From Histomonas meleagridis 2922-C6/04-290x (taxonomy: Eukaryota > Protista > Parabasalia), in NCBI GenBank assembly GCA_020184695.1, contig JAANOX010000069.1:1-64000 (forward strand): 64,000 bases of DNA. The letters are read 5' to 3'. Positions within the stretch are counted from its first letter, which is position 1, and each line of letters begins with the position of its first letter. Position numbers and translations under genes: made by a program. Of the stretch, positions 1 to 11,219 are shown one piece after another. The notes under the pieces were generated by a model. The model ran no database searches, had not been told where the DNA came from, and was given only the letters and a program-made list of their open reading frames with translations.

Positions 1-339
1 AACAGTAAGAAATTGAAATAGAATATATTAGAAATAAGCATTAGTTATGATATCATCGATTCGAAACATGAATATTTGAGCATTGGATAGACCAAAATTT
101 TGCGATTCATTCGATATGTAAATTATATTTAATCAACGAACACATGACAGAATAAATTTATTTTCAATTTCAACGTCAGTTTTCCACTCTTAGGTCAAAG
201 AATTACCTTTGAAAATTAAAGGGTACTTTATTGATAAGAATAAACATTCTACATATATTACAATAAAATGTGACTTCAGCTGAGGAATAAATAAAGTTTA
301 ATTTTGTTTTAATGATTCGATTTTTTTACAGAGATAAAA

Positions 340-1755
340 GGGGATTAATGAGTGCTATATTTATTGATAATTAATACACATTCAATCAATATAAAAAAGA
401 AAAATCGATTATCAAAACATTTGAAGAACATAAAGAAGCTATAATAAAATGCGTTGCATCGACTTTAGACGGTTATATATTATAAAAACACGTGATGAAT
501 TTGATGTATCTTATATAACAATAAAAAGATCAAAAGCTAATAATGATTATATCGATTCTAATTTATATTATAAATCGGAAAAAAACATATAAATTTCATG
601 TTCAGAATTTAGGAAATCAATAGGGGATGATTTAGTAAAGTTTGATGGAATAAAAATTTTGGGTTCCAATCCGCGATTTTCGAATTTATATAGAGCGCCA
701 ACAGGAATTTATTTAACAGGAATTCCTGAAAAAATCATATCATTTTTTGAATCAAGAGTAAATAATCCGACTGCATTACATGAAGAATTATCAGTTCATG
801 CGTATCGTTTAAGGCATCCAAACGCTTTTATAGAAAAATGTTTTATTCATTATTCGCCAAATTATGGCAATTGCGGAAAAAGTTTGTTGGCAGGAATTTT
901 AAGTAAAATGTACGGTAAATTTTCAAATGTCGCAGTTCAACAACAACAATTAACATCAAGATTTACGGGATAGGCTCACGATTTATCAATATTACATGTT
1001 GAAGAATTACAAAATACAAATTATAGAAATCATGATTTCGAAACGGTTCTGGCGAGAGAAAAGGAATTGATACTAAAGCTTCTGAACATCACGCTATTGT
1101 TGGATTTAACACAAATCAAAAAGATTTATACGGTTTGATAAGAGCGAATGAAGCAACAATTTCTAGATTAGTAATTTAATTCTTTAAACCTCATACTAAT
1201 GATGTTAACTGGGAAGAATTCAAAACAGTAATAGGTCTGAATGATAAAATAAATACAGAGGAAGACTATTATAATTTAGGATATAGTATGTATTATTATT
1301 TAAAGCATAAATATGAAATAAAACACAATTTCACACCTTGTCGTTATTATGAGCAAGAATAATATGAATTAATAAATGATTTTAGGAAAGAAAACAAAAA
1401 TGCTATTGATTCATGGCTTAATGAATTAAAGCATAAAGATGAAGATAATAATTCAACAACTGAAATCATACCGCATGAGTATAAATTGCTTGAACACAAG
1501 AAAATTAGAGGCATAGAATACACATGTATAAAAAATGTTAAGCGTGATATCAACGCATCATATAGTTTTCATATAAAACATATCTGTGATTCAAATAATT
1601 CATTTAACATTGAAAATGTTATATCTGCATATCAAAAAAACGGATTTACTGCTATTGAATCTTCGAGCGTTAATTGGTATAGAATAGAAACTGAAGCGTT
1701 TAATAAATTAATAGATCCAAACGAACAGATAGAAGAAGTAATGTTTGACGGATGA
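340..1755 (+). pseudogene. SF3/poxvirus-D5-like primase-helicase pseudogene of a Maverick/virus-like element (5' limit approximate)
   Basis: ORF 659-973 has Walker A NYGNCGKS. Reading through the TAG at 971-973 gives AHDLSILHVEE (Walker B). Fragments 340-658 and 1486-1755 continue the same AT-rich frame set with stops and frameshifts. Confidence 0.65.
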
Positions 1756-1841
1756 ATTTAGATATATTTCTACAAAAGGGTAAAAAAGTTGAGGGGAAAT
1801 CAAATCTTCATCAATTAAAAAATCAGCGTCCCCCCTGCCCT

Positions 1842-1940
1842 TTTTCCCTATACTTTATAAATCAAATAATAAGCATTGCTCTATTTCCATTTATTATATT
1901 ATATTTACTTTTTTTCTATACTTTATAAATCAAATAATAA
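1842..1940 (+). repeat. Duplicated ~30-bp motif (ttttt(c/t)c(c/t)atactttataaatcaaataata) downstream of the helicase
   Basis: Two near-identical direct copies at ~1842-1872 and ~1911-1940. Confidence 0.8.
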
Positions 1941-2051
1941 TGATAAAAAAAAATAGAAATAGATTAAATATTTTAAGCACATGTTACCGTAAATTTGACC
2001 GTTAATTTTTAATTTCGATCATCCTCTCGTAGTTAATGTTTTCTTCTATGT

Positions 2052-2097
2052 ACAGCGTGTTTGAGCGAGTGCGCAAGCACGAAGCTCAAATAGCTGT
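2052..2097. other. GC-rich compound hairpin
   Basis: acagc-g-tgtttgagc-ga-gtgc-GCAA-gcac-gaa-gctcaaata-gctgt has three nested complementary stems. Confidence 0.75.
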
Positions 2098-2111
2098 GTG
2101 TGTGTGTGTGT
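2095..2111. repeat. (TG)n microsatellite
   Basis: tgtgtgtgtgtgtgtgt directly after the hairpin. Confidence 0.9.
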
Positions 2112-2119
2112 ACAACCTC

Positions 2120-2530
2120 ATTATCCTAATCCTGAAAATATTGAAGAAACACCAAAAATAATTACGAGAAAAACTGAACTTGATATTTGATAATATAGTG
2201 CTTTATGTGATATGCTTCTAACATTTTAGTGCGATATTAAAAACGAATAATAGTGAAAATTATGTAAAATTTAATTGATAATAATGAAAAAATTATTATT
2301 AATGCTAATGATTTAGTACAAGCTATAAGTTTAATTTTAGAAATTGATATTAATCAAGTTAAATTAAGTTATGAAGATCCTGAACCTGGATGTTTGAAGC
2401 ATGTAAATCCGATGAGAAAAATTAATTCAATTAAGATTAATGTATATGATTTTGATTCTCAATATAATAAAAAATATAACACATTAATGAATGAATTCAA
2501 TATATCATTAGATAAAGTATTTATTTATTG
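2120..2530 (+). pseudogene. Decayed small gene of the type carried by trichomonad Maverick-like repeats
   Basis: Manual translation gives IIDNNEKIIINANDLVQAISLILEIDINQVKLSYEDPEPGCLKHVNPMRKINSIKINVYDF, with stops upstream. Family assignment is from recollection only. Confidence 0.4.
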
Positions 2531-2599
2531 AAACCGATAGGATAAGGCACATGATCTAATAAATATTTCGCTAATGACATTTTTATTTTCTTCTCATTA

Positions 2600-3330
2600 G
2601 GGATATTATATTTACCTTAATCGAAATTATCTACTATAAAAATATCTGATAATATTTTTGATCTCTTTTTTGATTGATCTGTATTATATACTGATACCGT
2701 TGTTCCAGGTCTTAAAATAAATTTTTCTTGATTTATAATTTTATCATTTAATTTATGTAACTCTAAACCAAAGAATTTTCCTTGATTAAAGGCTTCTAAT
2801 GATGAAATTTCTTTGTGATTTAATTGACTTAATGTTTTATGATAAGTATTATTATATTTATTAACAATTTTTTGCTTATGATATGGGTCTATTTTATTAA
2901 AATCCATATTATCAGCCATATCTTTAATAGTTCTACAAATTCTATTGATTATAGCTAAAGAAGTATAAATAGGATAAAATTTATCTTCTAAAATTATTAT
3001 TTTTACTGGTATTATTTTTACACCAGATAAATGTGCTGCTATATATTGTAAAGGTTTCGATAAAAATGTTCTTTCAGAATTACAATGTATAATTTTAGGT
3101 TCAAATCCTGCATTATATGAATTAAATAAAGCTTTAGCTATTAATTCTATTCATTTCTTTCTAGTTATCTTATCATTTATTTTTATATTAGTAGAAGTAG
3201 CAAATTGAAATCTGAATCTAACTTCTACTGCTGATAAATGACAATATTTTGTCTCTGTTTCAGCGGTTTCATCATAATCAGGAAATAAAATAAATCCATT
3301 TGATATTCACCATTATCACCAATATATTTT
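2600..3330 (-). pseudogene. rve-type (Maverick/Polinton) integrase pseudogene
   Basis: Fragments GEYQMDLFYF (first catalytic D, ~3290-3315), EPKIIHCNSERTF (second D apparently mutated to N, ~3070-3105) and VNKYNNTYHKTL (YNxxxHS motif in ORF 2617-2919). Confidence 0.75.
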
Positions 3331-3723
3331 AATTAATATTTTTCATTTTTTTTATAAGGAAAATAATTTATATTAGGTTCAAATTGTAGATCTAATTCTG
3401 AATAATCAATATGGTATGGAAGTGAATAGTTATCAGATAAATATTTGTTTTTCGAACGAGATTTGAAACCTGTGTCAGTATGGTATGAATTATTAGAATC
3501 CTTATTAATATTATAAATTTTATATGTATTGTCACGATCAAATTAACCAAAATATTGTAGCAAATAATTGCTATAAACATGATCATCGAATGTTAATACG
3601 TTCCCAATTTTATTATCAATTTTTTAAATATTATAAATATTCTATTAATTCCTTACAATATTCATTAAATTTGATAGGCCTTTTTTGAGATCATTAACTT
3701 TTACTGCATTTTAAAAAGTTAGA

Positions 3724-5730
3724 ATGATTATATATAGGTACTCTCCTTGTTCTTGTGGAATTTTCGTAGCTCAATGGAAGGGCTTTTTTTATGAAACAAT
3801 GGTGACTAGGTTCGAGTCAAATGGCAAACTTCATTATGACATTTATAGTTTTATCAAATAAACTTTGGACAAGGCTGCATTTACCTTCAATTAGGTTTAA
3901 GACAGAATTATCTCAATACTGTATTTCACAAGCAATTGTCTGTTTTAAAATATCCAGGTTCTCCCTATTTATCATATTTCGATATTACAAAATTTAATCA
4001 TTACATGTAAAAAGCACACCATTAGACAAAATAATGATATTAATTTTTCGATATCATGTTCCAAATGTGATCAAATAATTTTCAAATTGCATCTACAAAA
4101 AACCTCTGAAACAGGGACAATAGGCTACCGAATTCTTTGCGAACATGTAATCGACCTTCTTCATGAAGAAACAGATAATTCTTCCAGTAAGTTTATATTA
4201 GTGTTTCCATTGGATGAAGAAATAATAAACAATCATAAAAAAAATTTCAGAATAATTCATCCGCTTCGGATGATTGGTAAAATGATATATAAAAATACTT
4301 CGAATGGAATTTTAAAACATTTTTTGAGGTAAATTATTTAATCGAATTGTTGGAATCATAAACTTTCGAATCAAAAGACAGAATGTTCAAATTTGGAATA
4401 AATTATTTTTTCAAAAAGTAATTTTTTCTTTTTATATTTATATGAAAAATCAAATATTAAAAATTCATTAGTATATGATAATAAACCAGTTCAATGCTTC
4501 ATTTGGATTTCTCCTGGAATTTCAGAATTTCTATCTATCGATGGTGGTAGTCTTTATATTCAAATAGATGCTTCGTTTTATGCTTTACGTCCTTATGTGT
4601 ATTCAATACCACTTCTAATATTCAATAATGCATCAATTCCTTTAGGGATTATTTTAGGTCCATTGGAATTCGAAAATTTATATTCACTTATTATTTATCA
4701 ATGTATCAAAAAAATCACTAATTCTGATCGTTTAAATGATATACCGATATTATCTGATGATAGGAGTGCTATTGAATCTTTTGTTAATCATGAAAATTTA
4801 GAATAATTTTTATGTTATAGGCATTTAATTGAGAAAATTGGTTCGGTGTCTATTATTGCACAAATTGTCAAAATATTATTATTTCAACCTAATATTTATA
4901 GTTATGAGGTTCAATAAGTTCAATCTATTGCAGATGTTAATGAACTAATTATTAATAAATAAATCGATTCAAAAACGATTATGAAATTTGCGAAAATATT
5001 TAATTGACAAATATTGAGAAGTAAACTTATTGCAAAAAGTAGTAATCATCGAAATGGTTTATGAAATAGACAGACATTAAAAATCTCAACATGCTCAAAT
5101 CACATTGAAAGTTCGCACAAAAAAATGAATGTGTATGTTCTCCGATTTTACAAAATTAATCGAAGATTACAAATTGTTGTAGATACAATTTCCGATATTT
5201 ATAATAATTTTGAAACAAATTAAAGAAAACAAACTTATAAATTATTTTGCAATTTAAAGTGAGATGCACAACAATCTTCAATCGTTCAATGTGAAACATG
5301 TTATATGAATTGTGGGTGGGGTGATATATATTAAAATAGATTTGGAATTAATGATTTTCCTCGCATACATACTATGGAATGCTCAAGTTTATATTCTGTA
5401 AATCTTGAACTTCCAGTCTTCAATAATGACATAAATTTCGTTGAAATACATCCATCATTTGATTCTTGGTCGTTTTCTTCAAGAGCATGTGTATACTCTT
5501 TTGAAAAAACATTTGATGAATATAATTATTTCGAACAATATATTAAAGAATGTGATTCTATATATGAATTAGCCAAAGATATATATCACATTTAAGGATG
5601 CTTATTAAATTTGAGAAAAACTCTTATGGAAGTTTCTAAACTATGGGGTGTCGAAACTAATGATAATATAGAAAATATGAATAATGTGAACCTCAAAGCA
5701 AAATTCAAATATAAAGCATATATAAAATGA
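3724..5730 (+). mobile_element. Mutator-like (MULE) transposase pseudogene
   Basis: IQIDASF (D, 4567), ILSDD (D, 4756), FLCYRH (CxxH, 4813-4824) and STCSNHIESSH (E, 5107) are all in one frame, interrupted by in-frame stops. No TIRs found. Confidence 0.7.
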
Positions 5731-6521
5731 TGAGTATTAAACCATGAATTATGCTTCAAAATAATTAAGTAAACATATTTTAATAATTTTATATTAATGC
5801 TGAATTTTTAATGATAATGAAAAACGAATAATAGGGTATTATTGTATAAATATTCATTAGAGATAATTTATTAAATAATAATGTGTTTTGAATGATTTTT
5901 GTATCAAATTAATTTTAAAGTTTATATTTTAAATCTTGAGAATAATTGTGGCAATATAGAAAATGAATATCAATAAATTGCATATAATTGTAAGATAAAT
6001 GAATATTTATATTTTCTTATTGTATGATTTTTTGGAGTAATCTGAATGTTAATAAGAGATCGATTTTAAAAAATATGCATAAATATTTTAAAAATATTTT
6101 TCTTAATAATGAATTTTTTTTTCAGAAGAGAATGGTCTTTGAAAAACAAATATTCAAAAATCAAAAATTTGATAAAATTGCATAAATTATCGATAATTTT
6201 CTATAAAAAACTGACAACCATAATAATTTTTATATCATCATAAATATGTCAAACTAAATTAAAATACATTATGATATAAACAGTAAAAAAGTATAATTGA
6301 CCTTCATCTCACAACATGATTTTCTTGCCTATGTCTGTTCGCATTTTTTATCAAATTTCATATCGTCATTGAATTTTTTTAATACAAAAATCAAAATATT
6401 TTTATTATTTATTTCAGTATTTAAATAATTACAACATTTTATGATTTACCTAATTATCTTGTTATTATTTTCAGAATATGAAAAAAAATAAGCATTCAGT
6501 AAAAAAAAGTCAAAAAAATAT

Positions 6522-6595
6522 AGAATCATTGAATCGAACCATTGGAATACAGAATGAAAAACAGTAACCCTTTAAATAAGTTACATGAAATTCAA
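6522..6595 (-). pseudogene. Very eroded tRNA-like sequence
   Basis: B-box GGTTCGATTC followed by an oligo-T tract, with layout similar to the 10246-10318 relic. Stems are poorly paired. Confidence 0.2.
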
Positions 6596-6799
6596 ATAAG
6601 TGGAATCAAAATTCATATATAATCATATTAACTTTCGAAAATGCAATAAATATTTTCACTTCCTTTTTTTTGACTTCAAAAACTTCACGTGATAACATAT
6701 CATTCAATTTTTTAATAATCGTTCTAATATATTATTCATAATGCTCTGAGATTGTTTTTCGTCCAATTATTCCATTAATATATGTTATTTTTTTATTTT

Positions 6800-7123
6800 C
6801 AATTCATTTTTTGATAAAATTAAATTCGAATTGTTTATAATCGTTAAAACGTTTATTTTTATATTGTGTATATATTATTATATTTAAGTTGATATCTATA
6901 AAGCTATTAACTAAATTTTTGTATGTTTCGAGTAATGGCTTTGTACCAGTATTAAATTCAGGAGTAAATTTAATCTCCTTATCATATTTATCATATGAAA
7001 AATTAATAAAATCTCGAAGACTCAGATTACCTTTTGATAGTGAATTTTAATTCTTTAATTCATTTCTAACTGGTGTTTCGAATAAATATTGTATTTCTCT
7101 TTTTTTTTATAAGTTGGATCCAT
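6800..7123 (-). pseudogene. Small relic ORF immediately downstream of the fibre gene
   Basis: ATG at 7123 gives MDPTYKKKREIQYLFETPVRNELKN*NSLSKGNLSLRDFINFSYDKYDKEIKFTPEF with one in-frame TAA. 3' end approximate. Confidence 0.35.
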
Positions 7124-7141
7124 AATATAAATTATTTTTTA

Positions 7142-8968
7142 TTATTTAAATACACTTAATATATGGTCATCTATTTTTCCTGTTACTTTACCAACTATCG
7201 AATTTAAAATTTTAATAGTCATTACTAAATCATCTGATAATTTATTACCATCAAATAATATCACATCACCACCAATTTCATAATCTGCAGTATTATTTAC
7301 TCTGAAATAAATATCTCCATGTGAAGCGAAATCAATAGTATCTTGTAAAATTTCTACTTCTCTTCTAATAGATTCACCTATTGAAGCTTTATAACCTGTT
7401 TCATGTTTAGCTACACAAATACCTAAATATTCTTTATAAGTACCAGTAGTTTTAACTGATGGAATACAATCAGTTGATGAAGTATTTGTAACATATTTAC
7501 TATAATTGGTTAAAGCATAAACATTACCTGTTAAAAATACTGGTGAACCAATTTGAAATTGTGATAAATCTTCTGTAACAGGAGCATTATGAATAATAGT
7601 CGTATTTATTTGTTCATAATATCCTTCACCTTCATTTGTACTAAGTGTAGTTGCAATAAAATATTATGAAGCACTTATATCACTAAAAGTATTATCACTT
7701 TGTTTTTTCTATGTTTCTGAATCAAAACATAATCTTCCATATTTTGGATTATCAGTAGGGTTATTCGTATAAATACTCCATAATAATTTATATGTATTTC
7801 CTGATTCTTCTATTATACTCTGAAAAGTGTGATAGCAAGTTATCTCTGTGACATTTATTCTATTACAATCGAACACACCTTTTTCTTGAATAAAACTGAA
7901 ACCATATACTCCTTGATTCGGTTTCATCAATAAATCATCATCAGAAGCTTGTATTCTCCAAGTATAATCAGCATCATACCCATTTTTATCATGCATATCC
8001 ATATAATGACCTGTTTCTAAAACACCATCGTTTTTAATAACTGCAATTGAAGGGACACTAATATCGACAATTGAATTCGAAGGTCCCGAATTTAAAGTAA
8101 AACCATTAATTGTTGAACATTTGATATCTTCTATATATGATCCTGTAGGAATATCTGTTAGATCATTATAACTATGTGTATGATTTGTCGCAGCATATTT
8201 TGTATCATGGTTATGATCTTTTGAAGCATACTCATCATGTGTATGTTCTGAAGGTGAAAATTTTTCAGGTTTATCAGTTAGATCATTATAACTATGAGTA
8301 TGTTCTGCAGGTGGAAATGTCTGTGGTTTATCATTTAAATCATTATAACTATGTGTATGATCTGATGAAGCATAGTTTGTATGTTCATGATCTTTTTTAG
8401 CATAAATCTCATCATTTAAAGATATTTTAGTTGTATCTACATTATTTATAGTTGCACATTGAATATTACCATTACTTCCAAAACTTAATAATGAACCAGT
8501 TTTTGATTTGAAATCTAATGAATTAGTATTAGCAGTGATTCTCCATGTATTATCTTTATCATAATCTGCATTATTATGCATATCAATGTATTGACCAACT
8601 TCTACAACACCATCATTTTTTAATGTAATAATAGATGGTACATATAATTTTGTATCCCATTTTCCACTATCTGCAGTTGACAATTGAAATCCATTTAATG
8701 AAGTAACTTGTACATTCCCATTTACTGTTAAATCATTATTTATTGTATTATGAGTATGACTTTTTGTAGAATATTTTTCATCTGATTGCGATTTATTATA
8801 ATATAATTGTGGTATTGTAATCGAAGTTATAGTATTAAGTTTTTCTGTTATTTGGTCCTTCGTACGATAATTTTCTATAACTTCTTGTAAGTCATCTTGA
8901 TCAATAATTTCAGGTGCAGCGACAACATTATTTTTTATTCCTATCATTACATTCTCATTACTAAACAT
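7142..8968 (-). pseudogene. Phage-tail-fibre-like gene (~609 codons) with two in-frame stops
   Basis: Own Inr (TCATTTTT) just before the ATG at 8968. HTHSYNDLxDxP repeats and a duplicated KNDGVxExGxYxDMH module. The same frame continues through TAG (7709-7711) and TAA (7664-7666) into a 174-codon C-terminal domain (TTIIHNAP...ASHGDIYFRV...HILSVFK*). Confidence 0.7.
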
Positions 8969-8984
8969 TAATGAAAAATGATTT

Positions 8985-9330
8985 TTATTTGATAAATTAA
9001 ATAATAATTCTGACATTAAATATTCTGGATCAATTTCTTTACCATTTATTTCTTTAAACCATATTTTTAAATTTGATTTTCTACTTTTATATTCATATTT
9101 CTTATATTTAGTTCTATTTTCATTCGTATAAATACAAAAATAATCTTCATGATGATCACGTTCAATAAAATCAGCATGCATTGAAACATCAGATACTAAG
9201 TAATCCTTAAATTTACATTTACATTGTTGTACTATTATATATCTATAATTTTGAGAATTCACAAATTCAGGCGGAAAACGGTTTTCTTTTTGTGAAGTTC
9301 AAAAATACGTTTTAGTCACGATTATATATG
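8985..9330 (-). pseudogene. Small conserved Maverick-associated gene, read through into the fibre gene in the ORF track
   Basis: TYF*TSQKENRFPPEFVNSQNYRYIIVQQCKCKFKDYLVSDVSMHADF...KYKKYEYK...IWFKEINGKEIDPE precedes the Inr+ATG of the fibre gene. Confidence 0.45.
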
Positions 9331-9482
9331 ATTCTGAAAAAATTCTGTTTTCAAGGCATGTTTTTATAATGTTTGAACAATTAGGGTTTTTGTATATAAA
9401 TTTGCCGATTATTTTCATTGGGTGGCTTAATGGTTTAGATTGATTTATTAATAATGGAATTATAGATATTTCGTTCAAAACA

Positions 9483-9893
9483 TTAAAACCTGTTTTCGAA
9501 ATTTCTGTTAATCTGACATGAGCACATTTTGTTGAAAAAAAAATATTTGTTCGAATTTATTGATATAACGAATATATCGACATTACATATTGCACATAAC
9601 ACATGAAATCTCCTGAATGTGTTTGAATTGATTGTCTTTAAAGAACAATAAAAATAATTTGGAAATAATTCAAGAATTTCGATCGACTTATCGATATGAG
9701 ATGTATCAAGCTTCTCCATACTGCTATACAGCTTGACAAGTTTATGATTTTTTGGATTAATGTTGTAATTTTTTTGAATATTTACATCTATAAAAATCCC
9801 TAAGTTTGTCAACATATAAATTGTTGGTCTACAGATTTTTGAATCGATTTCAAACAACCTTTGAAACACAAACGTTGTAAAATTTAACCCCAT
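9483..9893 (-). CDS. Hypothetical 136-aa ORF, possibly a relic
   Basis: ATG-initiated ORF with no recognised motif. Confidence 0.25.
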   Translation of the reverse strand: MGLNFTTFVFQRLFEIDSKICRPTIYMLTNLGIFIDVNIQKNYNINPKNHKLVKLYSSMEKLDTSHIDKSIEILELFPNYFYCSLKTINSNTFRRFHVLCAICNVDIFVISINSNKYFFFNKMCSCQINRNFENRF

Positions 9894-10245
9894 TCATCGA
9901 CAAAATTTTCTCAAATATTTGAATTACATTCAAAAAGTGATTACAACGATGATATGAAATATTAAAATTAATTCATTGGATTATTAAAGAATTTAAAATT
10001 GTAATAAATAAAAATATATCTATTAATATATGTAAATATTATAAATATATATGTTTTTATGATTTTTTTTCCCTAAATTATATATGAATATTTTATTAGG
10101 ATCATAAAATAAAACTAAATTACAATTTAAGATAATAAACAATGTTTTACATATATCATAATGAATAAAAAGTATTTCTAAAGAAGTTTTTTAGTAAGAA
10201 ATTGATTATAAATACAAATTAATAAAAGAAAAAAACAAAAAAACA

Positions 10246-10318
10246 TTCTCCAATATTTGGATTCGAACCAATGGCATTTAACGTGCAAAAAACAATTATA
10301 CCGCCAAGCTATAAATTT
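10246..10318 (-). pseudogene. Degenerate tRNA-Ala(UGC)-like sequence
   Basis: TAGCTTGGCGGTA (A-box), TTTGCA at anticodon spacing, T-arm ATTGG-TTCGAAT-CCAAA and a downstream oligo-T tract. The acceptor stem does not pair. Confidence 0.45.
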
Positions 10319-10792
10319 CATTCAACAATAGGTTGAATATTAATATTTCTCTCTAACATGTCCTCCTAAATTGAATAAAAAAATCAGCTTCCCTATGACT
10401 TGACATGTTAATGCTTTTGGAATAAAAGATAAACGTCTTTCTTTTACAAATTTTGGGAATTTTATTACAAATTTTGAATAATATAGAAAAACCAAAAAAA
10501 TTTGATGAGTTTATATTGTTATAAACAAGATGTCAGCGGTTTATATACAAAACATAATTTACAACAATTGGCAAAAATCATTTCTTTGAAATTTTTTCGA
10601 ACGATCATTTTTACCATAAAATGTCTATCGTGCTCTATCGTAAATAACGTATTTTTCTCGGGGGCATAGTTCAGCCTACCCTTTAAAGCTGCTGATTACA
10701 ATAAAATATATATTTTGATAATAGAGAAACTGAATTTGTATTTAAATTTATTTGATCTGTGAGACGCATCAAATTTTTGATGTTGTAACAAA

Positions 10793-11219
10793 ATGCAACG
10801 AATTTACGCCGAAAAGCCAAATGTGGTCATAGAAAGTGCGCAAAAAGAGATAATGGGGCAAAGGAAGCTTGAAAGTCAGCCTTCTTATTTCGAATGGGAT
10901 GAACCAAGAAAAGATTAAAAAAATAAGACGCCCAAAACCAAGAAACAAATTTATAAAAGAAGTCATGAGGTATCAAAGAGAGATAAACTTTTTAATCCCA
11001 AAAGCACCATTTAGAAGAGTTGTCAGGGAAATCGCAGAAAAAATAAATCCAACGATTAAATTCAATGAAAGAGCTCTCCAAGCATTACAAGAAGCTTCTG
11101 AGGCATTTATTGTTGGAACAATGGAAGATGGAGTTTTGTGTACAATACATGCAAGTAGAGTAACTCTGATGAAAAAAGATGTTGAGTTAGCTAAAAGAAT
11201 TAAAGGCGACCCTAGTTAA
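10793..11219 (+). CDS. Divergent histone H3 variant (CenH3 candidate); N-tail separated from the fold by a 1-nt frameshift
   Basis: Histone fold EVMRYQREINFLIPKAPFRRVVREIA...ALQALQEASEAF...LCTIHASRVTLMKKDVELAKRIKGD, with no ARTKQTARK tail. The upstream ATG at 10793 joins this frame if one A is removed near 10909-10912. Confidence 0.8.

Noticed and set aside
7664-7711. Alternative genetic code (TAA/TAG = Gln) suggested by in-frame stops in the relic genes
   Set aside because: Host genes in the window end normally with TAA, TAG or TGA, and some in-frame TAGs fall at conserved Trp positions (mariner DESW), which indicates mutation.
10823-10847. 25-nt GT...AG segment as an intron explaining the H3 frameshift
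   Set aside because: It has no branch motif, and its removal creates an immediate stop (AGA TAA).
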